From Raja brachyura (taxonomy: Eukaryota), in assembly GCA_963514005.1 (NCBI GenBank), contig OY740790.1:5332001-5396000 (forward strand): 64,000 bases of DNA. Reading direction: 5' to 3'. Shown here piece after piece: positions 22,020 through 35,195 of the stretch. Within the stretch, counting starts at the first letter, position 1; each line of letters begins with the position of its first letter. Under the pieces are notes generated by a model. It saw only the letters and a list, made by a program, of their open reading frames with translations. It did no database searches and was not told where the DNA came from. Made by a program: the position numbers and the translations under genes.

Positions 22020-24368
22020 TCTGTCTTCACTAAGGAGGACACAAACTATCTTCCTGATGTACTAGTGGCCAGAGGATCTAGGGAGACGGAGGAACTGAAG
22101 GAAATCAACATTAGGCAGGAAATGGTGTTGGGTAGACTGATGGGACTGAAGGCTGATCCATCCCCAGGGTCTGATGGTCTGCATCCCAGGGTACTTAAGG
22201 AAGTGGCTCTAGAAATCGTGGACGCATTGGTGTTCATTTTCCAATGTTCAATAGATTCAGGATCAGTTCCCGCGGATTGGAGGATAGCTAATGTTATCCC
22301 ACTTTTTAAGAAAGGCGGGAGAAAGAAAACAAGGAATTATAGACCAGTTAGCCAGACCGGTGGTGGGGAAAATGCTGGAGTAAATCATAAAGCATATGAT
22401 AAGGTCCCACACTGGAGATTAGTGGGCAAAATTAGGGCACATGGTATCGGGGGTAGACTGCTGACATCCATAGAAAATTGGTTCGCAGACAGGAAACAAA
22501 GAGTAGGGTCCCTTTCAGAATGGCAGATAGAGACTAGTGGGGTACCGCAAGGCTCTGTTCTGGGACCGCAGTTATTTACTAAATATACTAGACTAAGTGG
22601 GACCCGTTGGGTCCCACGTCCACACGGGAGGGCTGGTCCCCCAAAGCAATATTCCACCTCTCCACCAATTCCAATATTTGTGGTCAGTGGCGGGGGGGGG
22701 GGGGGGGCTTTCTAGAGCACTAGGATGGGTGTTGTGGGCTGAAGGGACTGGTTTCCAGAGGGCTAGTATGGCCATTTCAAGCAGGGTGCAAGGCCACCAA
22801 ATTCAAATGCATTTTCCTACCATTTCAAGCAGGGTGCAAGGCCACCAAATTCAAGTGCAGTTTCTTACCACTTCAAGCAGGGTGCAGGGCCACGGAATTC
22901 AAGTGCAGTATCCTACCATTTCAAGCAGGGCAAAACCACCATAAAACCACACAAAACACCACATAAACACCACACTCACAGTTCAGTAGACATTCAGTGT
23001 GTTCAGTTGAATCACAGCTCAGACAGAGTCATGACCTCTCCCTCCCCCATCTTGCAGAGACTGAGCCACACCCACACTTCTGGGTTTTATAATCCCTCCC
23101 CCATCCCATCGGAAGGGGTGTGGCCTTCATGGAGTAAGATGGCCAAAAAGTACAGCTATAAGTGGCAGCGTTTTTTCTAAAATCAATATACGAACAACAG
23201 GGAGTGGTGAAGATCAGACTTTTAGTAATATAGATTTAACATCTCCAAGTTTGCAGATGACGCATAGCTGGGAGGCAGTGTCAGCTGCAAGGAGGATGCT
23301 ATGAGGCACCAGGGTGACTTGGATAGGTTGGGTGAGTGGGCAGATGCATGGCAGATGCTGTATAAAGTGGATAATTGTGAGGTTCTCCACTTCGACTATT
23401 AACAATATACATCAATGATTTACATGATGAGATTCAAAGTAACATTAGCAAATTTGCAGATGACACAAAGCTGGGCGGCAGTGTGAACTGTGAGGAGGAT
23501 GCAATGAGAATGTAGGGTGACTTGGACAAGTTGGGTGAGTGGGCAGATGCATGGCAGATGCAGTTTAATGTGGATAAATGTGAGGTTATTCACTTTGGTG
23601 GCAAAACCAGGAAGGCAGATTATTATCTGAATGGTGTCAAGTTGGGAAAAGAAGAAGTACAACGGGATCTGGGGGTCCTTGTACATCAGTCAAAGAAAGT
23701 AAGCATTCAGGTACAGCAGGCAGTGAAGAAAGCGAATGGCATGTTCGCCATCATAACAAGAGGAGTTGAGTATTGAAACAAAGAGGTCCTTCTGCAGTTG
23801 TACAGGGGCCTAGTGAGACCACAACTGGTGTATTGTGTGCAGTTTTGGTCCCCAAAATTGAGGAAGGACATTCTTGCTATTAAGCGAGAGCAGCGTCAGT
23901 TTACAAGGTTAATTCCCGGGATGGCGCGACTGTCATATGTTGAGAATGGAGCAGCTGGGCTTGTATACTCTGGAATTTAGAAGCATGAGAGAGGATCTCA
24001 TTGAAACATATAAGATTATTAAGGGTTTGGACATGCTAGAGACAGGATACATGTTCCTGATGTTGGGGGAGTCCAGAACCAGGGGCCACAATTTAATAAT
24101 AAGGGGCAAGGCATGATGAGGGAACACTTTTTCACACAGAGAGTTGTGAGTCTGCAGAATTCTCTGCCTCAGAGGGCGGTGGAGGCCGGTTCTCTGGATA
24201 CTTTCAAGAGAGAGCTAGATAGGGCTCTTAAAGATAGTGGAGTCAGGGGATATGGGGAGAAGGCAGGAATGATGAACTGATTGTGGATGATCAGCCATGA
24301 TCACAGCGAATGGCGGTGCTGGCTCGAAGGGCCGAATGGCCTACTCCTGCATCTATTGTCTATTGTAT
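22020..24368 (+). mobile_element. CR1 LINE ORF2 3' portion, internally deleted and duplicated, with a Helitron inserted
   Basis: DGLHPRVLKEVA, GVPQGSVLGP, two tandem FADDTKL segments (23240-23400 and 23400-23600) and a CTATTGT tail. Confidence 0.88.
22588..23234 (-). mobile_element. Non-autonomous Helitron
   Basis: Minus strand starts A|TCTATATT (23234) and ends CTAG|T (22588). There is a 9-bp-stem hairpin GTGGGACCC-GTT-GGGTCCCAC at 22597-22617, no TSD, and internal ~43-bp repeats at 22770-22930. Confidence 0.8.
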
Positions 24369-24629
24369 ATCCTTCCTGAGCAGTGTTGCCTGGAATCACA
24401 CCCAGAGCTCCAGATGTGGTCTAACCGGAGCTCTATTATACACCAGCATAAAGCCCACCCCCATTGTATCCCAGCGTTTCCCACCAACTGAGGCACGTTA
24501 AGAGCATTGGTTTAAATTCAAGCTCAGGATTAATCCAAAACTACCAGTGGTCTCTCAACACAAAGCAAACCTTCCTGCTTTGCTCGTGAGCCCAATGCAA
24601 TTGGTCATTTCCTTAAGGAATGACTATCT

Positions 24630-24918
24630 GTCAGCTGGCGTGCATATTTCCGAAGACCTTTCCTGGTCCCAGCACACTGATGCAATCATAAATAAGGCAT
24701 ATCAGCGCCTCTACTTCCTGACAAGATTATGGAGAGTCGGTTTGCACAACTTTCCGCATTCTTTTCCGCTCCTGGACTTTCAACTTGCCGAACCAAGCCA
24801 CGATGCAAACAGTCAGTATGCTCTCTACTGTGCACCTGTAGAAGTTCGAGGGAGTCCTCCTTAACTTGCTGACTCTCCGTAATCATCTCAAGAAGTAGAG
24901 GCATGGATGTGCCCTCTT
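24630..24918. mobile_element. Two short Rex1/Babar LINE fragments in inverted orientation
   Basis: Plus strand encodes GVHISEDLSWSQHTDAIINKAYQRLYFL. The homologous sequence recurs on minus at ~24770-24918. Confidence 0.6.
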
Positions 24919-24919
24919 T

Positions 24920-25980
24920 ATAGAAACATAGAAACATAGAAAATAGGTGCAGGAGGAGGCCATTCGGCCCTTCAAGCCAGCACGGCCATTCATTACGATC
25001 ATGGCTGATCGTCCCCAATCAATAACCCGTGCCTGCTTCTCCCCATATCCTTTGATTCCACTAGCCCCGAGAGCTCTATCTAACTCTCTTTTTAATCCAT
25101 CCAGTGATTTGGCCTCCACTGCCTTCTGTGGCAGGGAATTCCACAAGTTCACAGCTCTCTGAGTGAAGAGGTTCTTTCTCACCTCAGTCTTAAATGGCCT
25201 CCCCTTTATTCTAAGACTGTGACCCCTGGTTCTGGACTCGCCCTACATTGGGAACATTTTTCCTGCAATTAGCTTGTCCAGTCCTTTTATAATTTTATAT
25301 GTTTCTATAAGATCCCCCCTCATCCTTCTAAACTCCTGTGAATACAAGCCTAGTCTTTTTAATCTTTCCTCAGATGACAGTCCCGCCATCCCAGGCGTCA
25401 ATCTCGTGAACTTACGCTGCACTACCTCAATCACAAGGATGTCCTTCCACAATTTAGGAGACCAAAACTGTACGCAATACTCCAGATGTAGTCTCAACAG
25501 AGCCCTATACAACTGCAGAAGAACCTCTCTACTCCTATACTGAAATCCTCTTGTTATGAAGGCCAACATTCCATTAACTTTCTTCACTGCCTGCTGTACT
25601 AACAGACCAACCCTCAGTGACCGGTGGACAAGGACACCAAGGTCTTGTTGCACCTCCCCCTTACCTAACCTAACCCCGTTGAGATAATAATCCGCCCCCT
25701 TGTTTTTGCCACCAAAGTGGATAACCTCAGATTTATCCATATTTTACTGCATCTGCCACGCATCTGCCCACTCACTCAACCTGTCCAGGTCACCCTGCAA
25801 CCTCCTAACATCCTTTTCACAGTTCACACTGCCACCCAGCTTTGTGTCATCCGCAAACTTGCTAGTGTTGCTCCTAATTCCCTCTTCCAAATCATTAATA
25901 TATATGGTAAACAGTTGCGGCCCCAACACCGAGCCTTGCGGCACTCCACTCGCCACTGCCTGCCTTTCTGAAAAGGACCT
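24920..25980 (-). mobile_element. CR1 LINE 3' fragment
   Basis: GVPQGSVLGP, FADDTKL, LEYCVQFWSP and a (TAGAAACA)n tail at 24920-24945. Confidence 0.93.
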
Positions 25981-26329
25981 ATAATTGCATTAGTGTGCTG
26001 GGACCAGGAAAGATCTTGTTATAATATGGCAGAAACTCTCCTCTGTACTGATCTGTGCTGCATCTGCTTTGGAGTGCTGATGGGAAAGTGTTCAGGACCC
26101 TTTACAAATAATCTGCTCCAATGTGATAATCGTGTTCTGAAGAAGCTTCATGTTGTACAAAATCGCTTTGCATAGACAATGATACCAATGGGGGAAAGGA
26201 GGCTTTGGGGCTAGAATGTTTTATAAGACAGTTACTTTTCCGACAGGATTTTAAAAATAAAGGTATTTTCAATACCAATAACTTTTCTTTTGTTACTTCA
26301 AAGTAAAAATACTAAAGGCTGCTCTAAAA

Positions 26330-27285
26330 AATAAAGTGCTGGAGTAACAATGGGTCAGGCAGCATCACTGGAGAACACGGTCGTGATGTTTCAGGTTGGG
26401 ATTCTTCTTCATTGATTGTGGTGATGGTGGGGGGAGGGGGGGAGGGGGGGAGGACATAACCTGGCAAGTGATAGGTGGATAGAGGTGAGGGAGAGTATTG
26501 ATAGGAATTGTAGATGCTAGTTTACATCGAAATAGGCACACAATGTTGGAGTAACACCGTTGGAGTAACATGTTGGAGAAAAGGAATAGATGACATTTCG
26601 GGTCAAGACTCTTCTTCAGACTGAGTCAGGGGAAAGGGAAACTAGAGGTATGAAAAAGTACAGAACAAATGAGAGCCATCATCGATGACTCAGGAAAGGT
26701 AGAGCCCACAATGGTCCATTGTTGGCTGTGGATGAAGTGATAATGAAGGGATACAAACCATGAAACTTACAAGTTGTCTCGGGTGGTGGAGGGAGGGAGA
26801 GAGAGGGATTGCAAGGGACCCCGACAGTCCTCTTGGGTGAGGCAGAGGTTCACGCATCTCCTCCAACCTCCAATGTATTGGTGAGACTAAGCACAGACTG
26901 GGTGATCATTTTGTTGATAAACCTAGGCTCAGTCCGCCGTGGCCAACGAGACCCACCAGTTGCCAAAGATGTTAACACCTCTTCCCATTTCCCACACTGA
27001 CCTTTCAGTCCTGTGCCTCCTCAACTGTCAGACTGAGGCCACATGCAAATTGCAGAACTAGCACCTCATATTTTGCTTGGGCAGCTAACAAGCCAGCGGT
27101 ATGAATATTGATTTATCCAAATTCCAGTAACCCTTGCAATCCCTCTCTCGTCTCTCTCCTCAGGCTGAAGAAGGGTCCCGAGCTGAAACGACCCCTACCC
27201 ATTTTCTCCAGAGATCCTGCCTGACCTGACCTGTTGAGCTACTCCAGCATTTTTGTGTCGATCTTTGCTACAAACCAGCATTTAT
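26330..27285. mobile_element. Penelope-like (GIY-YIG) remnants and associated GAAGAAGGGTCxCGA short repeats
   Basis: GGTGAGACTAAGCACAGACTGGGTGATCATTTT (GETKHRLGDHF) at ~26880 and LEE.HLIF.LG.L.P.GMN-like sequence. Related copies lie at 38020-38470, 48365-48925, 57780-58420 and 59040-59420. Confidence 0.6.
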
Positions 27286-28234
27286 TACATTCTATAATAC
27301 AATATCATGACTGCTAATGGCAGACAAATTGTACCTGTAGAAACCAAATAAACACATTGAACAAATCAACACCTCACAATACCACCCATGGGCCACAGAC
27401 TGCCACATGTTTCTCTGGGCTTTAAGATGAGGGAGATCCACTTCATGACATTAAATTGCATTACATTTCATTACATTAACATTTGCATTAACTTGAATGA
27501 AAACTTCATGAGGTATCAAAGACAGCAATTGATTTACTTGAATCACAGCAACCATTTGTTATTAACAACTGCCAGATGTCTGAAACTCTGATAACATTTC
27601 GACCCAGTCCTTCTCCTTGCACTTCCTCTCAGGTTGCACAGGCAGGTTCAATTTGAGCAGGGGGCCCTCCCAGCAGAGCTGTTACTACAAAGAATACACA
27701 CACTGCTTTACATATAAAAAAATAATTCTGATGCTGTGTTTTGCACCAACAGGTTCATGTTTACCCCCATGAAATTGGGCTGAAAGAATCAAAACCAATG
27801 GGCAATGAAGACCCTCTCCGCATTTCAGTAAATTTTCCACGTTTAGAAACGGGCTCAAAGTGCTGGTGATTGTCATTGATCATGATTACACTGATTAAGT
27901 AATGGGAACGAGCTGTCCAGACGTACGTACACCTGCATTTTAGATTCTGATGCAGCTGAGAGACTCCCACCAGCAACTTATTCTGTGTTTGCTCGAGCTG
28001 ATCATGGAGATCCACTCTGATGACTGTAGTTAAAGTGATCGGTGAGATGGGAATTGGCAGCATCAAAGCAATACACTAAGGACAAACTAAAAAGTTACAC
28101 GAGCTGCCTTTAAAACATTACAAAAAGCCGTGGGCAGAATCCCTGTAGAACGTGTTTGAGCTGATGTTTGCTGATGAGAACCAAGTCTGCTCAGTGAATC
28201 AGGTTTAAGACTGAAGCAGCAGGCTTGGCCACAA

Positions 28235-28675
28235 TTAATAGACAATAGACAATAGATGCAAGAGTAGGCCATTCGGCCCTTCGAGTCAGCACCGCCATTC
28301 AATGTGATCATGGCTGATCATCCCAAATCACTACCCCATTTCTGCCTTCTCCCCATATCTCCTGACTCCGCTATCGTTAAGAGCCCTATCTAGCTCTCTC
28401 TTGAAAGTATCCAGAGAACCGGCCTCCACCGCCCAACGGCAGAGAATTCCACAGACTCACAACTCTCTGTGTGATAAAGTGTTTCCTCATCTCCGTTCTA
28501 AATATCTTACCCCTTATTCTTAAACTGTGGTCCCTGGTTCTGGCCCCAACATCGGGAACATGTTTCCTGCCTCTATTGTGTCCAAACCCTTAATTATCTT
28601 ATATGTTTCAATAAGACACCCTCTCATCCTTGTAAACTCCAGAGTGTACAAGCCCAGCCGCTCCATTCTCTCAGC
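28235..28675 (-). mobile_element. CR1 3' end fragment
   Basis: ERMERLGLYTLE..RMRG.LIETYKIIKG and an (ATAGACA)n tail. Confidence 0.85.
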
Positions 28676-28779
28676 GGAGGCGCTGGGGGAGAACATGAAG
28701 CAGTGAGTGGCGGCGGAGAAGGGGGAGGGGGAGCGTCGGAGCCACGTCTGGGTTGTCAATGTGATCACTGGCGAGGGTC

Positions 28780-29580
28780 TGGATGGGGAATAAGAGGGGG
28801 AGGAGAGAGAGGGTAGGAGGAGGGGGAGGGAGGAGAAGGGGGGAAGAGAGGGAAAGGGAGGAGGAGAGAGAGGGGAGAGAGATGCAAGGGAGAGGGGGAA
28901 TGGGAGAGGAGGAGAGGGAGTGGATAAGGTGGAGAGCAAAGGGGAAGGAGGAGTGAGGCTGGGATAGAGAAAGGGGAATGGATGGAGGGAGAATAGGTTG
29001 GGGAGGGGGGTAGAGGGTGGGGGAAGTGGAGGCGGAGGCAGAAAGGGGGAGTAGGAGTGAGGAGTGAAAGGAAGGGGTGAAGTGGACACATGGGTGAGGG
29101 AGTAGGGTTGAATGCGAGGGGAGGGGGGGAGAAGGGTGAGGAGAAGGAAGGTGAAAGAAGGGAGGAGTGCTGAGGAGGGGATGGGGGGGGTGGGAAGGGG
29201 TTGGGGAAGTGTGGAAGGTGGTGGAAAAGGGGTAGTGGGAGGGATAGGTGGGAGAGGGAGGAGGAGCAGGTGGGAAGGGGGTCAGAAAGAGGTGGAAAGG
29301 GGGTAGAAGGAGCTAGGAGGGCATAGAAAGAGTAGGATGAAAGGATGGAAAAGGAGGAATAGGTTGGTGAGGGAGAGGAAGGAGTTGCCATGAAAGGGTG
29401 GAGGGGGTAGACAGAGGGGCGAAGGAGGAAAGGGGGGGTGGAAGGAGATGGAGGGGGTGGAGCGAGGGATAGAGACTGAGAGGGGTAGATGGAGAGGAAC
29501 AGGTATGGGCTAAAGATGTTAAAGGGAGTGGGGTTAGAGAGAGGAAGCGGCAGTGGGAGGGGTAGAGAGGGGGGGATCCA
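28780..29580 (+). repeat. Polypurine (G/A-rich) low-complexity tract
   Basis: ~800 bp of almost entirely G/A sequence with no fixed period. Confidence 0.85.
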
Positions 29581-30644
29581 CGTCAGTGTCGTGGGTTCTG
29601 AGGTGGCTGATGAGGCCACTAACTGATCCCCAGGTAGGGTTGTTGGGTAGTTTGTCGGCTGGTGTTTGTGATCTGCACAGGCAAAGGGACCAAGGTTGTG
29701 CTCACCATCCCGGCTGCTTCTCCATTTGGAGAGGCCGTTGGCCAGAGGTTCCCAGGACTCAGTGGCATGGGAATGTTGGGTTGTTTAAAGACCCTTTGAG
29801 AACATCCATGAATCTTTACTTTGTAATTGTCTGCCGTTTTAGAACTCACAATAGCATGTTTGCGAGTTGGAGGGATGGCAGGCTGGTTTGTGTGATAAAC
29901 TGTGCTGTGATCATAACTCTCTGTAATTTCTTGCTGTCTCGGGCAGAGAAACAAGCTTTGAAGTGTCCAGATAGAATGCTCTCTATAATAGAAATTGATA
30001 GGAGTGATTGGAGATGTGCCGATTTTATTTAGCCTTCTGTAGAAGTAAAGGCATTAGTGCTTTCTTGGCTGTGGTGTCAATGTGGTTGGATCAGGACAAA
30101 TTTACACATGGAAACTTGAAGATCTTGACCATCTCCACTTCAGCACCATTGATACAGACAAGCGCAGCGGTTCCCAACCTTTTTCATCCCGTTTACCCCA
30201 GGCAACTTTAATAGCGAATAACAATGTTATTTCACTTATTTGTGAATAACCAATGATGAACCAGAACCAAACACAGTCAGTCAATGAGAGAAAATATGTA
30301 CAAATCCAGAATCAATAAATGTATCCCCTGGGTGGGCAAACTGTACCCCCTGGGTAAATTACCAAGCCCTGTATCTCCATCTTGTACTCGGCTTCGTCAT
30401 TGTTTGCAATAAGTTCATTAGTCGTAGGAGCGGAATTCGGCCCATCAAGTCCACTCCGCCTTTTAGTCGTGGCTAATCTATCTTTCCCTCTCAGCCCTCT
30501 TCTCCTGCCTTCTCCCAATAACTCCTGACAACCGTACTAATCAAGCACCTATGAATCTCCACCTATGAATCTCCTCCTTAAAACATACATTGACGGCCCC
30601 CACAGCCGTCTGTGGCAATGGATTTCACAGATTCTCTGGCACAC

Positions 30645-30790
30645 TTGCAGACAGTGGTCAGATGTCGTGGGACTTTGTACAAGCCAAGGACAATGTGGCT
30701 GGTTATTGCACAAATGGAAAATGCATGATGCAGAAGCATGCAGTTGTGGCCTCAAGTCTAACACCATAAGGCACAGCATGGCCTGCAGGG
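30645..30790 (+). mobile_element. Possible RTE/RTEX- or I-group LINE C-terminal fragment
   Basis: LCTSQGQCGWLLHKWKMHDAEACSCG...TIRHS resembles the RTG.G.C...LHKW......C.CG....T..H motif at non-LTR ORF2 C-termini. Confidence 0.45.
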
Positions 30791-33700
30791 GGGAAGCTGG
30801 GAAGTCACCAAGCTCAGCCCCGAGTTGAGTCGTGGAGGAGGGAGCCGCTGGTGATGACGGAAACGAGGAGAGGACCTGTGTATTGCCTCCAGCGCTTTCA
30901 AGGCCGGCTGCAGGAGGCATCCTGGGACACTGGCAGTTGGGTGAGGACGTCGGTTCACAGGCCGAGCCAATCGAGGGTGACAGATGAGGTAAGCCTGGGG
31001 CTTACCTTAATCGGGAGCCTCTCCAGTACATCGAGCACGTGTGTGGACTGGACTTTAGCCTTTTTGTAAACGGTGCCAAAATATGGCAACTCGTGCATGT
31101 GTGAGCGATGCAAAAATAATTTCAGTGTGCAGTGACCACGTGACAATAAAACACCTTTGAGGAGCCATTTTGTTTTCCTGTATAGCATTTCAGGAGGGCA
31201 TTGATATAATCCCCAAGGACAATGTCCACTCCCTGATAAACACATCCAATTAAAGTCACACTTGCTCCTTGGCCTCCAGAAAGACAAATACTTTGTGACT
31301 TTTCTGCTGATTTCAAATCAGAGTTGAGAACACCCTATGCTTTAAATTCTGATCCATGTCTTTTTTGTCATGGTCTCTTGCTTCTGGAGACATTTTTGAA
31401 ATAAACGCCTATAATTTCCTAATTAGGGGACAAATAACAGGAGAGGGGAAATTTACTGCTAAAGTAAATATATTTTCAATGAATACAAATGAGGTTGGCA
31501 ACATTTAAAGAATAGATAATATTGGACTTCACAACGTCAATGGAGAATATTTGCCACGGGTTTTATATATAACCAGTTTCTGCATTGATGTTCAGTATCC
31601 TGTGTTATCTTTGATATTTCTGCTGCCTCTGAACAAGTCATTGTAATCTCCTCCAGTGCCTTCCCTCCATTATCCAACCTGATGGAATTGGTTCCACATT
31701 GATCAGGTTGTATTTTGAGTTTCTTCAGCCAGGGGATTTGTTCTAGGAAACCCCCAGGATGATCCTTGGCTCTGCATTTCTCACACGTGTTGTTCCTCGC
31801 TAACGCAACCTGCAGATTTGGGCGTTGCCTCCCACACGTCTAGTGACGATGCCCAGCTCCATCTTTCCAGCTATCCATGCACAGAGTGTAGGTCTGTTGT
31901 CCAGTATTAAAAGGACTGCGATTTCCTCCAATTAAAATGTAATTTAATCAGTAGAATCTCTGCCTCACATCGCAGGGACCCGGGTTCGATCCTGACTATG
32001 AATTCATGTTGGTATGAAGTTTGTACGTTCTCCTGTGACCATGTGGGTTTCCTCCCACACGCCAAAAATGTGCAGGTTTGTAGGTTAATTGGCTGCTGTA
32101 AATTCATGTTCATAAGTTATAGTAACAAAATTAGGCCATTTGGCCCATCAAGTCTACTCCACCATTCAATCATGGATGATCTATCTTTCCCTTACACCCC
32201 CATTCTCTGCCTTCTCCCCATAACCCCAGACACCCGTACTAATCAAGACTCTATCTGCCATAAAAATACCCAATGGACTTGGCCTCTGCAACCTTCTGTG
32301 GCAATGAATTGTCCTATTGTCCCTACTCTGTAGCATAGAACCAGTGTATGAGGATCGCTGGTCGGCACAGAGTCGGTGGGTTGAAGGCCTGTTTCCACAC
32401 TGCATCTCTTAGAAAAAAATGCAACCCACTATTTTGGCTTCATACAGATTTTAAACTCACTTACGTGATTGTCTGACACTTTCTGAATCACAGTTCACAT
32501 CCTCTTCACCTTAGCTGATCCCCAGCTTGAGCTTCCAGCTCTTCATCCTCCCCATTTCAAAAAGGATCAATCACCTCTCATTTTTGTCCTTCTCCTTATT
32601 AATTTTAGGTAACCCAAGACCTATTGGAATTAAAGAAAAAAACTCATTCTTGTCATAAAATTCCCTTTCCAATTGCTGCAAAGTTTTAATAACCCTCCAA
32701 GTCACGTTCCCCACAATAAAATCTGGCATTTTCCCTCCATCCAATAGCTGCCCTCACTATCGATAACCGTGGATCAGTTGCGAAGGATCAATTATTACTC
32801 TGGTTCTTAATTCCTCTATCCTGGGTAATGAACACTGTATATTCACCCTATTCCCTTCACATTTTATACAGTTCTATAAGATCACCCCTCAGCCTCCTGC
32901 GCTCCAAGGAATAAAGTCCGATCTTACCCAATCTCTCCCTGTAATTCAGGCCCACGAGTCCTGGCAACACCATTGCATTACGTTAGACGTTAGAGATACA
33001 ACACGGAAAGTGGCCCTTCGACCCACCAAGTCCGTGCCGACCAGTACACTATCACTATCCTCCACACACCAGAGGCAATTTTTGCTGAAACCAATTAACG
33101 TACAAATCTCCATGTCTTTGGAGTGTGGGCGGAAACTGAAACCCACGCGGTCACATGGAGAAGGTACAAACTCCGAACAGACAGCATCCGTAGTCAGGAT
33201 GGAACCCGGGTCTCTGGTGCTGTGAGGCAGCAACTCTACCGTTGCTCCACTGTGCCACCCATGCAATGTGTAAAACTGTGCTTGTATTCCCTCATGCAGC
33301 CCTCCTTTTGTATTCATTCAAAATGTATCAAGGGTGCATCACAGCATGGTTTGGGAACAGCAGGCAACTGAACCATCTGATCACCAACTGGAGAGCGATG
33401 CTGAGCTACTATCTACCTCATTGGAGACTCTCGGACTATCTTTGTTCAGACTTTACTGGACATTATCTTGCACTAAATGTTATTTCCTTTATCATATATC
33501 TACACTGGATGGCTGGATTGTAATCATGTATTGTCCTTCTGCCGACTGGCTAGCACGCACACAACCTTGATACATGTGCCAATAAACTAAGCTGGAGTAT
33601 TTTCCAAGAGAAACAGGTGACACCCCAATTTCCCTCCAGGGATGTATATAGTTTTATCGTATCGTAATACAGTAACTTAAATCAGCTGGAAAAAACTTGA

Positions 33701-34442
33701 TGAACAACTCACCAGACTGATGAGGTATGTTCTCTCTATGTTGCATGTGGGGATTCACTGGGAAATATATTTAGCTAATGTTCAGCTCAACATCTGAAAT
33801 GTTCAGATAGTATAGGTGAACATTGTCGATCATGAGGCTGAATGTAGCAAGGACAGTCTCACTGCAGCCAAATCCCTAAATGATTGGAGACAATAGATTC
33901 AGTAATAACTTTTTAAATTGAATTAGATTTGTACATGAAAAGCAAATAATTTTGAGACAGCAGGGAAAAGTGACAGGGTTGCCCATCTTTTTTTGCATTG
34001 ACAACCGTTTTGGTCTCGGATTAGCACTGACTTGGTTCTAAACTGTGGTGAATTAAGCATGAAATTATTAAAGGAAAAACTCATTTTTGTTTTGCAGTGC
34101 ATTCTCATAATGACTTCTTGCTTGCGATCCTCATGAGATGTCAGATTATGGTTTCAGCTCCAGGTAAATGAGATTTTCATACTTTCTACAAAAATACCCA
34201 ATACTTATCGGGTTTTAGTGCTTCTCCTAACTCATGCTCTGTCTTTATGCCTCTGCTTACGGACTTCTGTCTTCTAATTGAGATGTAGCGAATTAAAATT
34301 CTCGTCAACCTTGTCAAATCCCTCCCTGTCTTTGCTCTTCTCTATTCTTCAACCTTTATATTTGTAACTCCTCCTACTCAGGCCGCCTCATTTTGCAGTG
34401 ATCTTACGGTTCTTACAAAATGATGCATGTACACTTCCGACA

Positions 34443-35195
34443 TCTATACTATTTCTAAAACCCTCATCTTGTCCTCTTCCGGTTTGATTTTTTTTCAATT
34501 TGTGCAAAAAGGTTTCCCTACATTGCTAGGATTTTTTCGCCACCTTACTCACCGTTCTCCTCTGCTCCAAGCGCACAAAGTTTGGTTCTGATCAGTGGAA
34601 GATTACAAAAATAAAGAAGGTTTAAAAAATAATGAGATCAGCAGATTGGTCTACTCGTCTGTCGGTCAGCATGAAGGTAACGCCCCTTCCGGCATCCGCT
34701 GTTAATCACTGGGCGGGGCGAGGAGAATAAAGCCCCGGATGCGGGGCTGAGTCCACCAGCCGTTCTGATTGAGTCCAGGAGCTGTGCGGAGGAGAACAAC
34801 CAGCGAAGTGGCCAGCACCTACTGTGTCCCCACCGCACCCCCCAGCCCCTTCCCCTCTGGCCCCCCTCGCTGGCTCCTGTCCCCTCCAAGTAATACCGTA
34901 CTCTCCCCCATGGCTCTTCCTCCATCTTTTCTCCGAACTCTCTCCCCCCTGCCCCCACACCCCTCCCCCCCACACCCCAAACACTCCAAACACACCCCTC
35001 CCTCCCACACACCCCTCCCTTCCACACACCCCTCACAGCCCTACCCTGCTCACACATACTCCTCTCCCATACACCCCTTTTCCCCAAACCCCCCTGCTCA
35101 CACATACCCCACACACACACCTCACCCCCCCACAACCCTTCTGCCAAACATACCCACTCCCACACACCCCTCCCCTCCACACCCCCCGCCCACAT
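34443..35195 (+). mobile_element. Helitron 5' fragment with C-rich internal tract
   Basis: A|TCTATACTATTTCTAAAACCCTCATCTTGTCCTCTTCC matches the reverse complement of the 44960-44997 terminus. No 3' hairpin or CTRR end is visible. Confidence 0.6.

Noticed and set aside
27761-28066. Minus ORF with a cadherin-like VIMINDN..F motif
   Set aside because: An isolated short motif with no other cadherin signatures or clear splice sites.
28520-29619. Pro/Ser/Leu-rich ORFs
   Set aside because: Translation of a polypurine low-complexity tract fused to a CR1 fragment.
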